Notes under the pieces: generated by a model | Told to the model about the DNA's origin: nothing | Seen by the model: the letters and a program-made list of their open reading frames with translations, nothing else | The model's database searches: none | From: a virus | Taxonomy: Duplodnaviria; Caudoviricetes | Reading direction: 5' to 3' (one strand) | Virus record (IMG/VR): IMGVR_UViG_3300024051_000139 | Location: 1-59,477 of that record | Length of the DNA: 59,477 nucleotides | In this document: positions 9,092 to 19,131 of the stretch, in pieces | How the letters are laid out: each line of letters opens with the position of its first letter | Position numbering within the stretch: position 1 is the stretch's first letter | Position numbers and translations under genes: made by a program

Positions 9092-10347
9092 AGTGGCCTT
9101 TCTCCCGTCGCCAGCCCGAACCGGAGAAGAGGGCGCTCACATATGATGATTTCCCGATGGAGTTGCTTTCACCGGCCACGTCGGCAGGCATTAATGTCTC
9201 TCCTGAATTGGCGCTTCGCAGCCCGACCGTGCTTGCGGCTGTGAGGGCGATCTACGAAACCGTAGGCACTCTGCCTATCGTGGTGCGCTCGAAGACCGGC
9301 GAAGTATGGGAGCGGGACAGGGACCATCCGGCCGCCAAAATCCTTAGCGGATTTGCCAACGAGTACACGGTTTGCACCGATCTTCGCATGCAGTTGCAGT
9401 TGGACATGCTGCTTCATGGTGCGGGTTTCGCTCAGGTCGTCAGAGTGAGGGGAGAAGTCAAAGAACTGATCAGGCTGAACCCCCGCGCCGTTTCAGTCGA
9501 GTACGACGAAGACAGCGGCGAACCGCGATACCGCGTCTCGCTGCACAGACAGTCCGTTATTCTGCCATGGCAGGAGGTCTTGCATATCGGGACGCCCGGT
9601 AGCGCGCCCGACAGGCGAATGTGCCTGATTGATCTATGTCGGGAAAGCATCGCACTCGACATCCTGCTTGCCCGTCATGTGTCGAAGACATTCAAGGATG
9701 GCGGCCTCCCTCGCATTATCCTGTCGCCTTCGGGCGGTGACTTCGACGCAAAGAACGGTCCTACGATCCTTGCGAATGCGTTGAAGTTCCTGAAGGAGCA
9801 ATTGGACGCCGAAGGTTCCGACCCGATCCTGTTGCCGTCGAATTTCAGCGAGTCCTTCAAGTCCTTCGGCTTCCGGGAAATGCAGGTCGCGGAACTCCGC
9901 CGCCTGATCATCGAAGACATCGCACGCGGTCTCCGGGTTCCGGCTCCCATTGTCGGCGATACTACCAAGAGTACGTATAACAACGTTTCCACGCTCTCCC
10001 AGAATTTCTTGATGTACTCGCTTCTCCCTCATTTGGAAGTCTGGGAAGCCGCATTGACCCGTGCGCTTTTGAAGCCGGAAGAGCGTGACCGGGTTGAAGT
10101 CGAATTCGAGACCCGTGACCTGCTTCGCGGCGACTTCGCCGCTCAGGCTACGGCCTATCGTACCGCGACGGGCGGTGCCTGGTTGACCGTCAACGAGGTC
10201 AGAGAGCTTGAGGGCCGCCCGCCGCACCCGGACGGCGACAAGCTCATCCTTCAAGCCGGTCAGGCCGATGCCGGGGAATCCGGCAATGAACCCTCAAACG
10301 ACAACAATCCGCCCAAGGAACCGGAAGAACCGGAGGAGGACGCATGA
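9088..10347 (+). CDS. HK97-family portal protein
   Basis: 'SPELALRSPTVLAAVRAI', 'LLHGAGFA', 'IARGLRVP', 'WLTVNEVRELEG'. Confidence 0.95.
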   Translation: MKWPFSRRQPEPEKRALTYDDFPMELLSPATSAGINVSPELALRSPTVLAAVRAIYETVGTLPIVVRSKTGEVWERDRDHPAAKILSGFANEYTVCTDLRMQLQLDMLLHGAGFAQVVRVRGEVKELIRLNPRAVSVEYDEDSGEPRYRVSLHRQSVILPWQEVLHIGTPGSAPDRRMCLIDLCRESIALDILLARHVSKTFKDGGLPRIILSPSGGDFDAKNGPTILANALKFLKEQLDAEGSDPILLPSNFSESFKSFGFREMQVAELRRLIIEDIARGLRVPAPIVGDTTKSTYNNVSTLSQNFLMYSLLPHLEVWEAALTRALLKPEERDRVEVEFETRDLLRGDFAAQATAYRTATGGAWLTVNEVRELEGRPPHPDGDKLILQAGQADAGESGNEPSNDNNPPKEPEEPEEDA

Positions 10348-10862
10348 GCCGAGAGACCCTTGACCTTGTTGAATGCCGGCTTGCCGCTACCGATGACGCG
10401 GGCAGCATCGAGGCAATCGCTGTTCGATTCAACACCGTCGATACGTATAAGACGACGTTTGATCCTGCTGCCTTCGGTGACTTGAACCGTCGCATTCCGA
10501 TGCTCTGGGCGCATGATCCCGCGCAGGTCATCGGCTCTTGGTCGGAATTCCGGATCACGAAAACGGAACTGCGGGCGAAGGGCGCTCTCAATCTCGACAT
10601 CGCCCGCGCCGTGGAAATCAGGTCAATGCTCGCCAAGGGCGACATCGACGGGGCATCCGTGGGCTTTGAAACCATTAGGGACGAGCGCCGCTCCGGCGGT
10701 GTCCGCCATATCCTTCAAGCCAAGCTCTGGGAACTCTCACTGGTCCCGTTCGCGTCGGTCCCCGGCGCGCGCGTGACCTCTATCCGATCCGGCCGTGACG
10801 ACGCGACGGCCGATTTCATCAACGCCGTGCGATCGGCAGTCAGCGTCTATCGAGGAAAGTAA
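10344..10862 (+). CDS. HK97-family prohead protease
   Basis: 'MLWAHD...IGSW', 'GASVGF', 'LWELSLVPFASVPGARV'. Confidence 0.93.
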   Translation: MSRETLDLVECRLAATDDAGSIEAIAVRFNTVDTYKTTFDPAAFGDLNRRIPMLWAHDPAQVIGSWSEFRITKTELRAKGALNLDIARAVEIRSMLAKGDIDGASVGFETIRDERRSGGVRHILQAKLWELSLVPFASVPGARVTSIRSGRDDATADFINAVRSAVSVYRGK

Positions 10863-10864
10863 AC

Positions 10865-12088
10865 GTGAAGCATATCAAGATCGAAACCCGATCTGCCATT
10901 CCGCTTGAAACCCGGAACGCAGACAATCCGCCGGCCGATAGCCTTGAGGCCGCAACGCAGGCAGTTACCGAGCTGCGCACCGCTGCTACGGCCTTTGAGA
11001 CCCGCATCGGCGAACAGCTTACGGGCTTCACCACGCGCCTTGACGAGATCGAGGCCCGTAGCCAGCGCCTTCCGGCAACGGCTCGGAACGAGAACGAACA
11101 GCGCGATATTGAAATGCGTGCGTTTGTAAACTTCATGCGCACCGGCAACGACGCCGAAATTCGCGCCGCCAGTTCGACGCCGAACGCCGATGGCGGCTAT
11201 TTCATCCTGCCTCAGGTCGATCTAACCATCCGCAATATGATGGAAGACACGTCGCCCCTGCTCGGCCTGGTGGAAACCGTGACGATCAGCAGCAGCAGCT
11301 ACGAGCGCTTCTACTCGAAGGGCAATCGCGGCGCTGTTTGGGTGTCCGAGACGGAGACGCGCCCGACCGATACGGCCCGCCCGGAACTCATCAAGCATTC
11401 GTATGGCGTTAAGGAGATGTACGCGCAGCCGGTCGGCACCCGTCATCTTTTTGAGGATGCGAGCATCGATGTCGCCGGCTGGTTCAACCAGTGGGTCGCA
11501 AACGATTTCGCTCTCTCCCTCGGAGACGCCTTCTGGTCGGGCGATGGTGTCGACGGCAAGCCGCGCGGCATCCTGACCCACAACATTGTAGCTACTGGCG
11601 ATGCTACCCGCGCTTGGGGCGATATTCAGTACATCCCCGCCGGCCATGCTTCCGCCCCCACGGATGATAATCTTGCGAAGGCCCTTGTCGCCCTTGTCCT
11701 GACTCTGCATTCGCGATTCCGTGGCAACGCTCGCCTGATCACCACGGCGGCGAACTACATTCGGTTCCGCCAGCTTCAGGACAGCGCGAAGCGTTTTCTG
11801 TGGGCGGCGACCGGCAATCTGCTTGAATCCGCCGAGAATGGTTCGATTCTTGGCGTTCCCGTCGCGATTGATGACCACCTCGACGATATCAGCGTTGGCG
11901 CTGGTGCGAACATCGCTGCGATTGGCGATTTCCGCCAGGCATACGTCCATGTCTCGCGTCATGGCATCCGCACCGAACGCGATGCGGTGACACAACCGGG
12001 CTGGATCAAGCTCCCGAGCTATGCCCGCCACGGCGGCGGTTTGGGCGATAGCCGCGCTGTCAAAATCCTCAAAATTGCAGCCGAGTAA
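10865..12088 (+). CDS. HK97-fold major capsid protein
   Basis: Coiled-coil delta domain, 'DGGYFILP', 'GDGVDGKPRGIL', 'GDFRQAY'. Confidence 0.95.
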   Translation: MKHIKIETRSAIPLETRNADNPPADSLEAATQAVTELRTAATAFETRIGEQLTGFTTRLDEIEARSQRLPATARNENEQRDIEMRAFVNFMRTGNDAEIRAASSTPNADGGYFILPQVDLTIRNMMEDTSPLLGLVETVTISSSSYERFYSKGNRGAVWVSETETRPTDTARPELIKHSYGVKEMYAQPVGTRHLFEDASIDVAGWFNQWVANDFALSLGDAFWSGDGVDGKPRGILTHNIVATGDATRAWGDIQYIPAGHASAPTDDNLAKALVALVLTLHSRFRGNARLITTAANYIRFRQLQDSAKRFLWAATGNLLESAENGSILGVPVAIDDHLDDISVGAGANIAAIGDFRQAYVHVSRHGIRTERDAVTQPGWIKLPSYARHGGGLGDSRAVKILKIAAE

Positions 12089-12100
12089 GGAGGCATCGAC

Positions 12101-12481
12101 GTGAAAGACAGTCATTCCGACGTGAAGATTGCGCAGGCCGTTGTGCCTGCCGTGAAGACCGCCGCAGGCGATGGCACTACGGTTGATATTCGTGGCTATT
12201 CTTCCCTGCTTTTTGTCGCGAACACTGGCGCGATTGCCAGCGACGGCGATTTCGGCCTTGTCGTGCAGGACAGCGCTAATGGCACCGATTGGTCGGCGGT
12301 TTCCGCTGATAAACTGCTCGGCGCTTTCCCGGCCACCCTTGAAGCCAATAAGACCTATGCGGTCGGCTATGTCGGCGGCAAGCGTTACGCCCGCGTCAAT
12401 GTCACCAAGGCAGGCGGCACTTCCATCGCCGCAGGCGTTGTTGCCATTCTCGGTGATCCGGCAGTCGCTCCGGTCGCATGA
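12101..12481 (+). CDS. Hypothetical virion protein (possible head decoration)
   Basis: Beta-rich 126-aa ORF immediately after the capsid gene; AAGGAGG RBS. Confidence 0.6.
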   Translation: MKDSHSDVKIAQAVVPAVKTAAGDGTTVDIRGYSSLLFVANTGAIASDGDFGLVVQDSANGTDWSAVSADKLLGAFPATLEANKTYAVGYVGGKRYARVNVTKAGGTSIAAGVVAILGDPAVAPVA

Positions 12482-12840
12482 GCAATGCTCCATCCCGCCT
12501 TTGCGGTTGCGGCCTGAAGATTGCGCACGGTCAGAAATGCCCTTGTCAGATCGCGAAAGCCAAAGCCGCAAAGGCACGGGTAGACGCAAGCCGTCCATCG
12601 GCTAGGAAACGCGGCTACGACGCCGCATGGGAACGCTGCCGTGCGGCGTTCCTCAAAGCCTTCCCTATCTGCTGCATACCAGGTTGCTGCCAGCCTGCTA
12701 CGGACGTGGACCACATCAAGTCCGTTGCCGAGCGACCCGACCTTCGGCTTTCATGGCCCAATCTCAGGCCCATGTGCCACAGCCACCATTCATCCAGAAC
12801 AGCCCGCGATCAGGGCTTTGCGAGGAAGCGCAATGGCTAA
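12478..12840 (+). CDS. HNH endonuclease (terminase cofactor type)
   Basis: 'RGYDAAW', 'ATDVDHI', 'NLRPMCHSHHSSRT'. Confidence 0.93.
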   Translation: MSNAPSRLCGCGLKIAHGQKCPCQIAKAKAAKARVDASRPSARKRGYDAAWERCRAAFLKAFPICCIPGCCQPATDVDHIKSVAERPDLRLSWPNLRPMCHSHHSSRTARDQGFARKRNG

Positions 12841-12959
12841 CGTCGTTCCTGCCATCACATCATTCAGCGCCTGCCTTGGCTGGTCCCTGAGTAATGTTCA
12901 GGTTATCTGCCTTCTCTCCCATATAGAGAGCATCGCCCGCGCAGCGGGGTTCCAGTTCC

Positions 12960-13166
12960 ATGATTGATGCATCCCTCATCACCATCGGCATGGCCGTTCG
13001 TGTCGCTGGTTACGATGGTATCTGCCACGTTGTTGATGGCTGGCGGTTCAGCCCAGGACAGGGCCTCGAAGGCGGCATGTACACCGTCCGTCACCCCGAT
13101 AGCATCGAGACGCGCCATTCAACCGACCAACTCGAAGCCGCAGAAACCGCCACAGCCTTACGCTGA
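12960..13166 (+). CDS. Hypothetical protein
   Basis: 68-aa co-directional ORF. Confidence 0.4.
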   Translation: MIDASLITIGMAVRVAGYDGICHVVDGWRFSPGQGLEGGMYTVRHPDSIETRHSTDQLEAAETATALR

Positions 13167-13237
13167 CGCGCATCAGGTCGCGCCGCTGCTCCGCATCGGA
13201 ACGAAACAAGAACGCGCTCCACGGCTCGCTATGGGCC

Positions 13238-13320
13238 AAGGGGAGCCATTCAAAGAAATTCGTGCCGCCTTAGGACCGAGCCAGGGTCCGTAACGCCCAT
13301 TATTTCCGTGAAATCCTAAA
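13238..13320. other. Candidate cos/packaging site
   Basis: Non-coding tract downstream of HNH (AGGACCG... motif), at a position typical of HK97-type cos sites; not demonstrable from sequence. Confidence 0.25.
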
Positions 13321-13345
13321 AAGTTGAGCGCAAAGTTGAACGCCC

Positions 13346-13972
13346 ATGGCCCGAACGTCTCTAATTTGTGAACAGTCTCCAGCGGTCCCGGCGATCAACC
13401 GGGAAATGGTCTGGAAGCAGGTTCACGCCATCCTCGAAGAAACAGGCGATTCTCCGCCCCAGATGGCTCCTGAAGATGCCGACTATATCGACATGCTGAT
13501 TGAAGCGGCGGTCTCACGGCTGGACGGTCACAACGGGCTGCTCAACCGTGCCTTGATTACCCAGCAATGGCGGATGACCTTCGACCGCTTCGATTCTGAG
13601 ATCAGAATCCCGCTCGGTCGGTGCCAGTCGGTGGACGAAATTTCGTATGTACAAAAATCCGGGGATTCCGCCACCATGGACCCGGCGAATTATCGTGTAC
13701 GAAATATCGGTTCCGACAATGCACGCGTTCTTCCCGCCGTAGGGCAGTCGTGGCCCGACACCATCGCGGATCCGGAAGCCGTGACCGTGACCTTCACCGC
13801 AGGTTTCGGTGACGCACCGGAAGACATTCCTGGCTCCATCCGGCTTGCCCTGCTTGAGATGGTGGCGCTTGCCTATGCTTATCGAGAATCCGCCGCCATC
13901 GGCGGTTCCTTCTCCGTCCTCCCGTTCTCCGCCACCCGCGCCGTGTCGGACTGGGTAATCTGGAGTCCCTGA
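13346..13972 (+). CDS. Head-tail connector/adaptor (HK97 gp6-like)
   Basis: 'RALITQQWRMTFD', 'VTVTFTAGFG..PEDIP..IRLALL...YAYRE'. Confidence 0.88.
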   Translation: MARTSLICEQSPAVPAINREMVWKQVHAILEETGDSPPQMAPEDADYIDMLIEAAVSRLDGHNGLLNRALITQQWRMTFDRFDSEIRIPLGRCQSVDEISYVQKSGDSATMDPANYRVRNIGSDNARVLPAVGQSWPDTIADPEAVTVTFTAGFGDAPEDIPGSIRLALLEMVALAYAYRESAAIGGSFSVLPFSATRAVSDWVIWSP

Positions 13973-13973
13973 C

Positions 13974-14426
13974 ATGTCGAAGATGACCGGCGGCAAGCAG
14001 TTGGCCGCGAACTTCCGCACGCTCGCTCAGGCGCTTGGCCGTCCGATGAATGAGGCCAGCCGGAAGGCGCTCCAGCCGATGCTACGGGCGGCTAAGGCTA
14101 ACGTCAGGAAGAACGATAACGTTCAGTCCGGCAAGTTCCTGAAAAGCCTGACAGTCAAGCGTGATCCCACCTCGAAGAAGGACGCGCCAGTCCACATGAT
14201 CGGGCCGGGCTCGAAGGAACCGCATTCCCGGCTAGGGCACCTTCTGGAGTTCGGTGTTGCCCCTCATGACATCGACGGCGCTCCGCATCCTGGCGCACGC
14301 GCCTTTCCATGGCTTGGACCTGCCTTTGAGGAAAAATCCGGCGAGGCAATCGAGATATTCGGAAAAGAGATCGGCCCCGCCTTGGAAAAGCACGCTGCCC
14401 GATTGGGAGCCAGTACGAAAAAATGA
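13974..14426 (+). CDS. HK97 gp10-like tail completion protein
   Basis: 'SGKFLKSL', 'HLLEFG', 'ARAFPWLGPAFE'. Confidence 0.8.
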   Translation: MSKMTGGKQLAANFRTLAQALGRPMNEASRKALQPMLRAAKANVRKNDNVQSGKFLKSLTVKRDPTSKKDAPVHMIGPGSKEPHSRLGHLLEFGVAPHDIDGAPHPGARAFPWLGPAFEEKSGEAIEIFGKEIGPALEKHAARLGASTKK

Positions 14427-14842
14427 CCGCCGAACAATTGATTATGCGCCTGCTGCTGGAGACTACCTCCGTCGCGGCAATCGTCGGCACGCGCGTTTAT
14501 ATCGGTGAGCTGCCTCAGGGCTTCGCCGTGCCGTGCGTCCTTCTCGTCCCCGTTTGGGAAGCCCCGGAATATCATCTTCCCGCCTTCGCTCATGCTTACG
14601 TCGCCCGCACGCAAATCCAGTGCATCGGCAAAGGCAGCACGGCGGCGCTCAATCTGTCGAATGCGGTGCGTGATGCGCTGATAGAGATCGCCAACGAAGA
14701 CGTGTTCGACGGCGGTTCGCCCCCGGTGAAGATGGGGACCATCACGCTCTGGAAACTCGGCACCGCGGTTCACGATGTAGGTGAGGACCGGCTTTATCAT
14801 CGCCGGATCACCGAATTCAGATCGAGGTGGATCGAACCATGA
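14423..14842 (+). CDS. Tail terminator-like protein (DUF3168-like)
   Basis: 'AAIVGTRVYIGELPQG..VPCV' and 'RTQIQC..K...AL.LSNAVRDAL'. Confidence 0.75.
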   Translation: MTAEQLIMRLLLETTSVAAIVGTRVYIGELPQGFAVPCVLLVPVWEAPEYHLPAFAHAYVARTQIQCIGKGSTAALNLSNAVRDALIEIANEDVFDGGSPPVKMGTITLWKLGTAVHDVGEDRLYHRRITEFRSRWIEP

Positions 14843-15168
14843 AGTCCGGCGACCTCAACCGTTTTATCAAAGTTCTCCGCCGTGAGCAGACCGGCACCAG
14901 CATCGCGAACGAGCCAATTTTCGGATGGAACACGGTGCGGCGTATCTCTGCGAATGTCCGCTACCTCAAGGCCGATGAACGTTTTGACGGCAACCAGGTC
15001 TTTGCGTGGTCCACCGTGGTCTTCAAAACGCGATGGTTTCCGGGCCTTGAGCCTACCGACATCATTTCCTTTGATGGCAGGAACTACAACGTCAAGGGTT
15101 ATGCCGAGATCGGCCGGCGTGTCGGGCTGGAGATCACCGCCGAGTGGAAGGAAGGCGGTCTCGAATGA
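14839..15168 (+). CDS. Head closure/head-tail joining protein (SPP1 gp16-like)
   Basis: 'MKSGDLNRFIKV', 'FDGRNYNVKG', 'GLEITA'. Confidence 0.85.
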   Translation: MKSGDLNRFIKVLRREQTGTSIANEPIFGWNTVRRISANVRYLKADERFDGNQVFAWSTVVFKTRWFPGLEPTDIISFDGRNYNVKGYAEIGRRVGLEITAEWKEGGLE

Positions 15169-15584
15169 CAGGGTCACGACCGCAGCTCAAGGCCGTTGAT
15201 GGTGGCCTGCTCAAATCCCCGCCGATGCCGGCGCACCTTCCTTCATCGATGCGCGACGATTGGCGCACCACCGCTTCCGATCTTGTCGGGCGTGGGCTTC
15301 TAAACCAAGCATCCATTCCGATGCTCGAAACCTATGTCGGCGCGCTGTGGATGGCACGGGAATGCCGGAAGGCGATCGAAAAGCATGGCGTCCTGATCAA
15401 GGCCGAAAAGGGCCAGCCCAAGCCGAATCCCGCCGCCGCCATGTTGGCGAAGGCGCAGGAAACCATTGCCCGCCTTGGCGATGATCTCGGCATTTCCCCG
15501 GTTTCCCGCAGCCGACCGGGGATAAAGGCACAGACGAGACAGCATGACGAAAAAGACGATCCCTTCGGAGACTTCGACCTTTAG
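15165..15584 (+). CDS. terS: Terminase small subunit (P27 family)
   Basis: 'PPMPAHL', 'PKPNPA', 'LGISPVSRSR'. Confidence 0.9.
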   Translation: MTGSRPQLKAVDGGLLKSPPMPAHLPSSMRDDWRTTASDLVGRGLLNQASIPMLETYVGALWMARECRKAIEKHGVLIKAEKGQPKPNPAAAMLAKAQETIARLGDDLGISPVSRSRPGIKAQTRQHDEKDDPFGDFDL

Positions 15585-17190
15585 CGTCATGCGGGGCCTC
15601 GAATGGCTCTACGACGAATCCCCGATCCCTGATCCGCATGGCCGCGCTCAGCGGTGTATAGACTTCCTACGCCTTCTGAAGCACTCGAAGTCCCGGCTTC
15701 CGGGGCAGGCTCTTCAGATTGATCCATGGCAGGAGCGGATTATCCGCCGTATCTACGGCCCTTCCGACGAATTTGGAAACCGGCTTGTCAGGCAGGTTTA
15801 TCTTCAGGTCGGCAAGGGATCGCGAAAAACCAGCCTTAGCGCCATCCTTGCTGCCCTCCACCTTGTCGGGCCTGAGCGCACCAATCGCGGCTCCACCTTC
15901 GTTGTCGCCCATGCGATAGAAAACGCCAAAGAGGCGTATAACGAACTGGAAGACATCATCACCACGACTCCGCAACTCGCCGGAGTGATGAAGGTCAAGG
16001 CCAGCCGTCTTCAGATCGGACATCCGAAGTCCAAGAGCCTCTTCGCAGTCATATCTTCCGATAGTGACCGCTCTCAGTCGATCAGCCCGACGTTCATGCT
16101 CATCGATGAGCTATGGGCGCACAAGAAAGTCGGCACCTTCCAGTCCGCCAAGGGCGCGATGGCGAAGGTCTCCGGCTCGCTGATGATCATCGCCACCACG
16201 GCAGGACGCGGCTCTCAGGGGCCGGATTTCGCGGAATACGAATACGCGAAGCGGGTCCGCGACGGCGAAATTGACGATCCTTCCTTCCTGCCGATCATCT
16301 TCGAGGCCGATCCCGACGACGCGATAGACGATCCCGCCGTCTGGCATAAGGTTCTGCCCGGTCTTCGCCACGGCTATCCCGACCTCCCCATGATCAGGAA
16401 GGCGGCGGAACAGGCGCATTTCCGGCCGGCGGAACGGGCCTTTTTCGAGCAATTTTATCTCGGTCGCCGGCAGGACGGCAGCCTTTCCCCCTTCATACCA
16501 GATGCCGTTTTTGCGGAAGGAAAACACATGATCAATCTTGAAGACTATCGCGGCGAACCTGTCTGGCTTGGCCTTGATTGCTCCAGCACGCGAGACCTGA
16601 CCGGCCTGGTTGCCTGCTTCCGCCGTGACGACGAATACCACGTCAAGTCATGGGCGTTCTGCCCCGGCGAAAACATTGCCGACCGTGGCGAGCGTGATCG
16701 AGTCCCTTACCCTTTCTGGGCCGAAGAGGGCTGGCTGATCCCCGCCGGTAAATCCGCCATCGACTATTCCGTGGTGGAAAAAAAGATTCGCGAACTGATG
16801 GCGCTCTTCGATGTCCAAGAACTCGCCTGCGATATCAAGTTTGCACAACCGATCATTGGCCCCCTGATGGATGACGGTCTCGAAGTCGTCGCCCTTCAAC
16901 AGGGTTGGGTGACGCAAAGCCCGGCGCTCAACGTGCTGGAGAAGATCATCTACGACAAAAAACTGAAATGGGATTCGCCGGTGCTCACCTGGTGCATGAG
17001 CAACGTTACAATTCACAACATCGATTCCAGTGGCAACAGGCTGATGCACAAGGGCAAGTCCCGCGACCGCATCGACCTTGCTTCCGCACTGTGGATGGCG
17101 GTTTCACGCGCCGCTGCCGGTGAATCAACGCCTTGGCTGGCAAACCCTGATTTTGACGTAGCGCAGTTCTTCGCCGATCTTCGAAAGTAG
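15544..17190 (+). CDS. terL: Terminase large subunit
   Basis: 'PWQERII', Walker A 'GKGSRKT', Walker B 'LIDELW', nuclease 'GLDCSSTRDLT', 'RIDLASAL'; start may be 15589. Confidence 0.93.
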   Translation: MTKKTIPSETSTFSVMRGLEWLYDESPIPDPHGRAQRCIDFLRLLKHSKSRLPGQALQIDPWQERIIRRIYGPSDEFGNRLVRQVYLQVGKGSRKTSLSAILAALHLVGPERTNRGSTFVVAHAIENAKEAYNELEDIITTTPQLAGVMKVKASRLQIGHPKSKSLFAVISSDSDRSQSISPTFMLIDELWAHKKVGTFQSAKGAMAKVSGSLMIIATTAGRGSQGPDFAEYEYAKRVRDGEIDDPSFLPIIFEADPDDAIDDPAVWHKVLPGLRHGYPDLPMIRKAAEQAHFRPAERAFFEQFYLGRRQDGSLSPFIPDAVFAEGKHMINLEDYRGEPVWLGLDCSSTRDLTGLVACFRRDDEYHVKSWAFCPGENIADRGERDRVPYPFWAEEGWLIPAGKSAIDYSVVEKKIRELMALFDVQELACDIKFAQPIIGPLMDDGLEVVALQQGWVTQSPALNVLEKIIYDKKLKWDSPVLTWCMSNVTIHNIDSSGNRLMHKGKSRDRIDLASALWMAVSRAAAGESTPWLANPDFDVAQFFADLRK

Positions 17191-17192
17191 CC

Positions 17193-18179
17193 ATGCTCCA
17201 GATCACCGACGCCGAACGCCACCGCCTCCGGTTTGACCTCGGACGGGCGGCAAAGGCCAGCAAACCCCGCAAGGCTCCACCGCCCGTTTATAAGCGGATA
17301 TTGAAGGGGCAGAAGAGAGAGCATGTCATCGACCGGACTATGGATGTTCTGCGAGACTGGCGGTCATCCATTTTCGAGCACGAAGGAGCCTGTCGCGCCG
17401 GTCTCCGCGCTGGCTTTGTTCTCGCCGGTCATAAATGGATTCATGCCGACCTGGAGGCGGAGGCTATCGTTCTCACCGCATTAGACCGGCTTGGCGCGAA
17501 GCGGCCGGACTGGGAGCAAGGACAGCGGGAGTACGTCGATTACGATGGTTGCTGCATCAACTGCGGCAAGCCGGTCAATCCAGAACCCGGAGACATTCGA
17601 GGGCTCTTCTTCTGCGATGAAGTCTGCCAAAAGGCAAAGCGTGTCAAACGCGAAACCGCATTCCGGTTCTGGCAGACTGACAAAGCGAAGCAGGCCGCAT
17701 ACGCTGCCTTGAAGGCTACTTTTCCAAAACGGACATGCGAACGGTGCGGGAAGGAATATCAGCCGTCAAGGCTCGGCACGCGCTATTGTTCGAACGAGTG
17801 CTTTCACGAAGTGCGCGAAGATCGCCTTCCAGATCGCAATTGCGAACAATGCGGCAATCTCTTTCATCCGACGACGCGGAGCAAGGCCGGGGTCTACTGT
17901 TCGCCATCATGCGCCAGCGCAGGACGCACTGTCATTCCTTTGACGCCGTGCGAGCGATGCGGAACCTCATTCAAAGCCTACAAGCGGAATCAGCGCTTTT
18001 GTTCCCTAGACTGTAGCAGCGCGGCCCAGTGTGAGGCGATGACGGAGCGGGGATGCCAACATTGCGGCGAAACCTTCATGCCGGCAGGCCCGAAGACTGT
18101 TTATTGCAGCCCTAAGTGCCGCAACCGCGCGAACTATGAGAAGAGCAAGGCTTCCGCCTTCCGCTGCGATCCGGCTTGA
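17193..18179 (+). CDS. Protein with five CxxC...[YF]C[SD]xxC zinc-ribbon repeats
   Basis: Repeats CINC/FCDEVC, CERC/YCSNEC, CEQC/YCSPSC, CERC/FCSLDC, CQHC/YCSPKC. Confidence 0.75.
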   Translation: MLQITDAERHRLRFDLGRAAKASKPRKAPPPVYKRILKGQKREHVIDRTMDVLRDWRSSIFEHEGACRAGLRAGFVLAGHKWIHADLEAEAIVLTALDRLGAKRPDWEQGQREYVDYDGCCINCGKPVNPEPGDIRGLFFCDEVCQKAKRVKRETAFRFWQTDKAKQAAYAALKATFPKRTCERCGKEYQPSRLGTRYCSNECFHEVREDRLPDRNCEQCGNLFHPTTRSKAGVYCSPSCASAGRTVIPLTPCERCGTSFKAYKRNQRFCSLDCSSAAQCEAMTERGCQHCGETFMPAGPKTVYCSPKCRNRANYEKSKASAFRCDPA

Positions 18180-18415
18180 TCCGTACCTGTCACCGCCGTG
18201 ACACGTTTACCCCGCACGCGCGCGCAAGATGCAAGATATGGGCATTGCCCATAATAACTTGATCCGTTCACCTCGCACGCGGGACCGTGTGGCACCGCGG
18301 CAAAGTTTGCACAATGTGCAAAGTTTCACCATTGGCGGAACATCACCCCAAGGGGGCGAAACTCCGCCAATTGGCGTATTTGCAAAGTTTAGTACTTCCG
18401 AATTTCGGAAGTACT

Positions 18416-18650
18416 CCAGTTCTACGGCGGAGATGATGGAGGGATCGGCACGATCAAGAACAGACTTCGCATTCTGAACAGAACTACGACTGACGTTCAG
18501 AAGTCTCGCGGCTTCGGACTGCGAGGTTGCCGAAATTTGGGCATGCTGATTATCACCACGTTCCATATTCGCTACTTTTGCGGCGACCATGGATCTCTGT
18601 GATTCATCCAGGTGTCTTCTCTGTAGGTTCCCTGAGATGACATAGGAGAG
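18416..18650 (-). pseudogene. Fragment of a phage ParB-like gene
   Basis: 'LSYVISGNLQRRHLDESQRSMVAAK...SQSEAARLLNVSRSSV' without the N-terminal ParB domain. Confidence 0.55.
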
Positions 18651-18734
18651 AGGGCGGCAAACCGGAAAACTCCCGGTTTGAATGTGTCGTGGGGGCATAT
18701 TTAAGCCCTGACATCCGCCGAAATTCGTCCGATG

Positions 18735-19015
18735 TCACGCAGATAGATTATCATCAAGCCCGACTTCCCTTGCGGCTTCCTTGGCGTCGTCGGTTAGGCT
18801 GGCGACTTTGATAGCTCGGGAAGCGTCTACTCGCTGTATGCCTAGTTCCCGGCTCGCGGCGGATATTCCAGACTTTGGTCTGCCTTCATTGATGCGGCCC
18901 CGAGAACTGAGTTTCTGATCATCTTGAACAGAAACTCCATAGTCCCTCCTCTCCTCCACCAACTCCACCCACCTAGCTATTTGCTCATCACGCTCCAAAG
19001 CGGTTAGTTCGGCAC
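18735..19015 (-). pseudogene. Second ParB-like gene fragment
   Basis: 'RAELTALERDEQIARWVEL...GISAASRELGI...RAIKVASL' with no intact N-terminus. Confidence 0.55.
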
Positions 19016-19103
19016 GGTGAAGGTTTTTCCCCGCAGTGGGAAAAACCCACTACGCCATCCGGCCCCTCATTACGGGATTTTCCCGTATTGCTATAGCCTT
19101 GCT

Positions 19104-19131
19104 CCCGGTCGCTTCGGCGGCCGGGTTTTTT
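19104..19131 (+). terminator. Intrinsic terminator
   Basis: CCCGGTCGC-TTCG-GCGGCCGGG followed by T6. Confidence 0.75.

Noticed and set aside
6238-17190. Host gene transfer agent cluster
   Set aside because: Linked to integrase, rep/iterons and HNH; gene order differs and tail tube/tip genes are absent.
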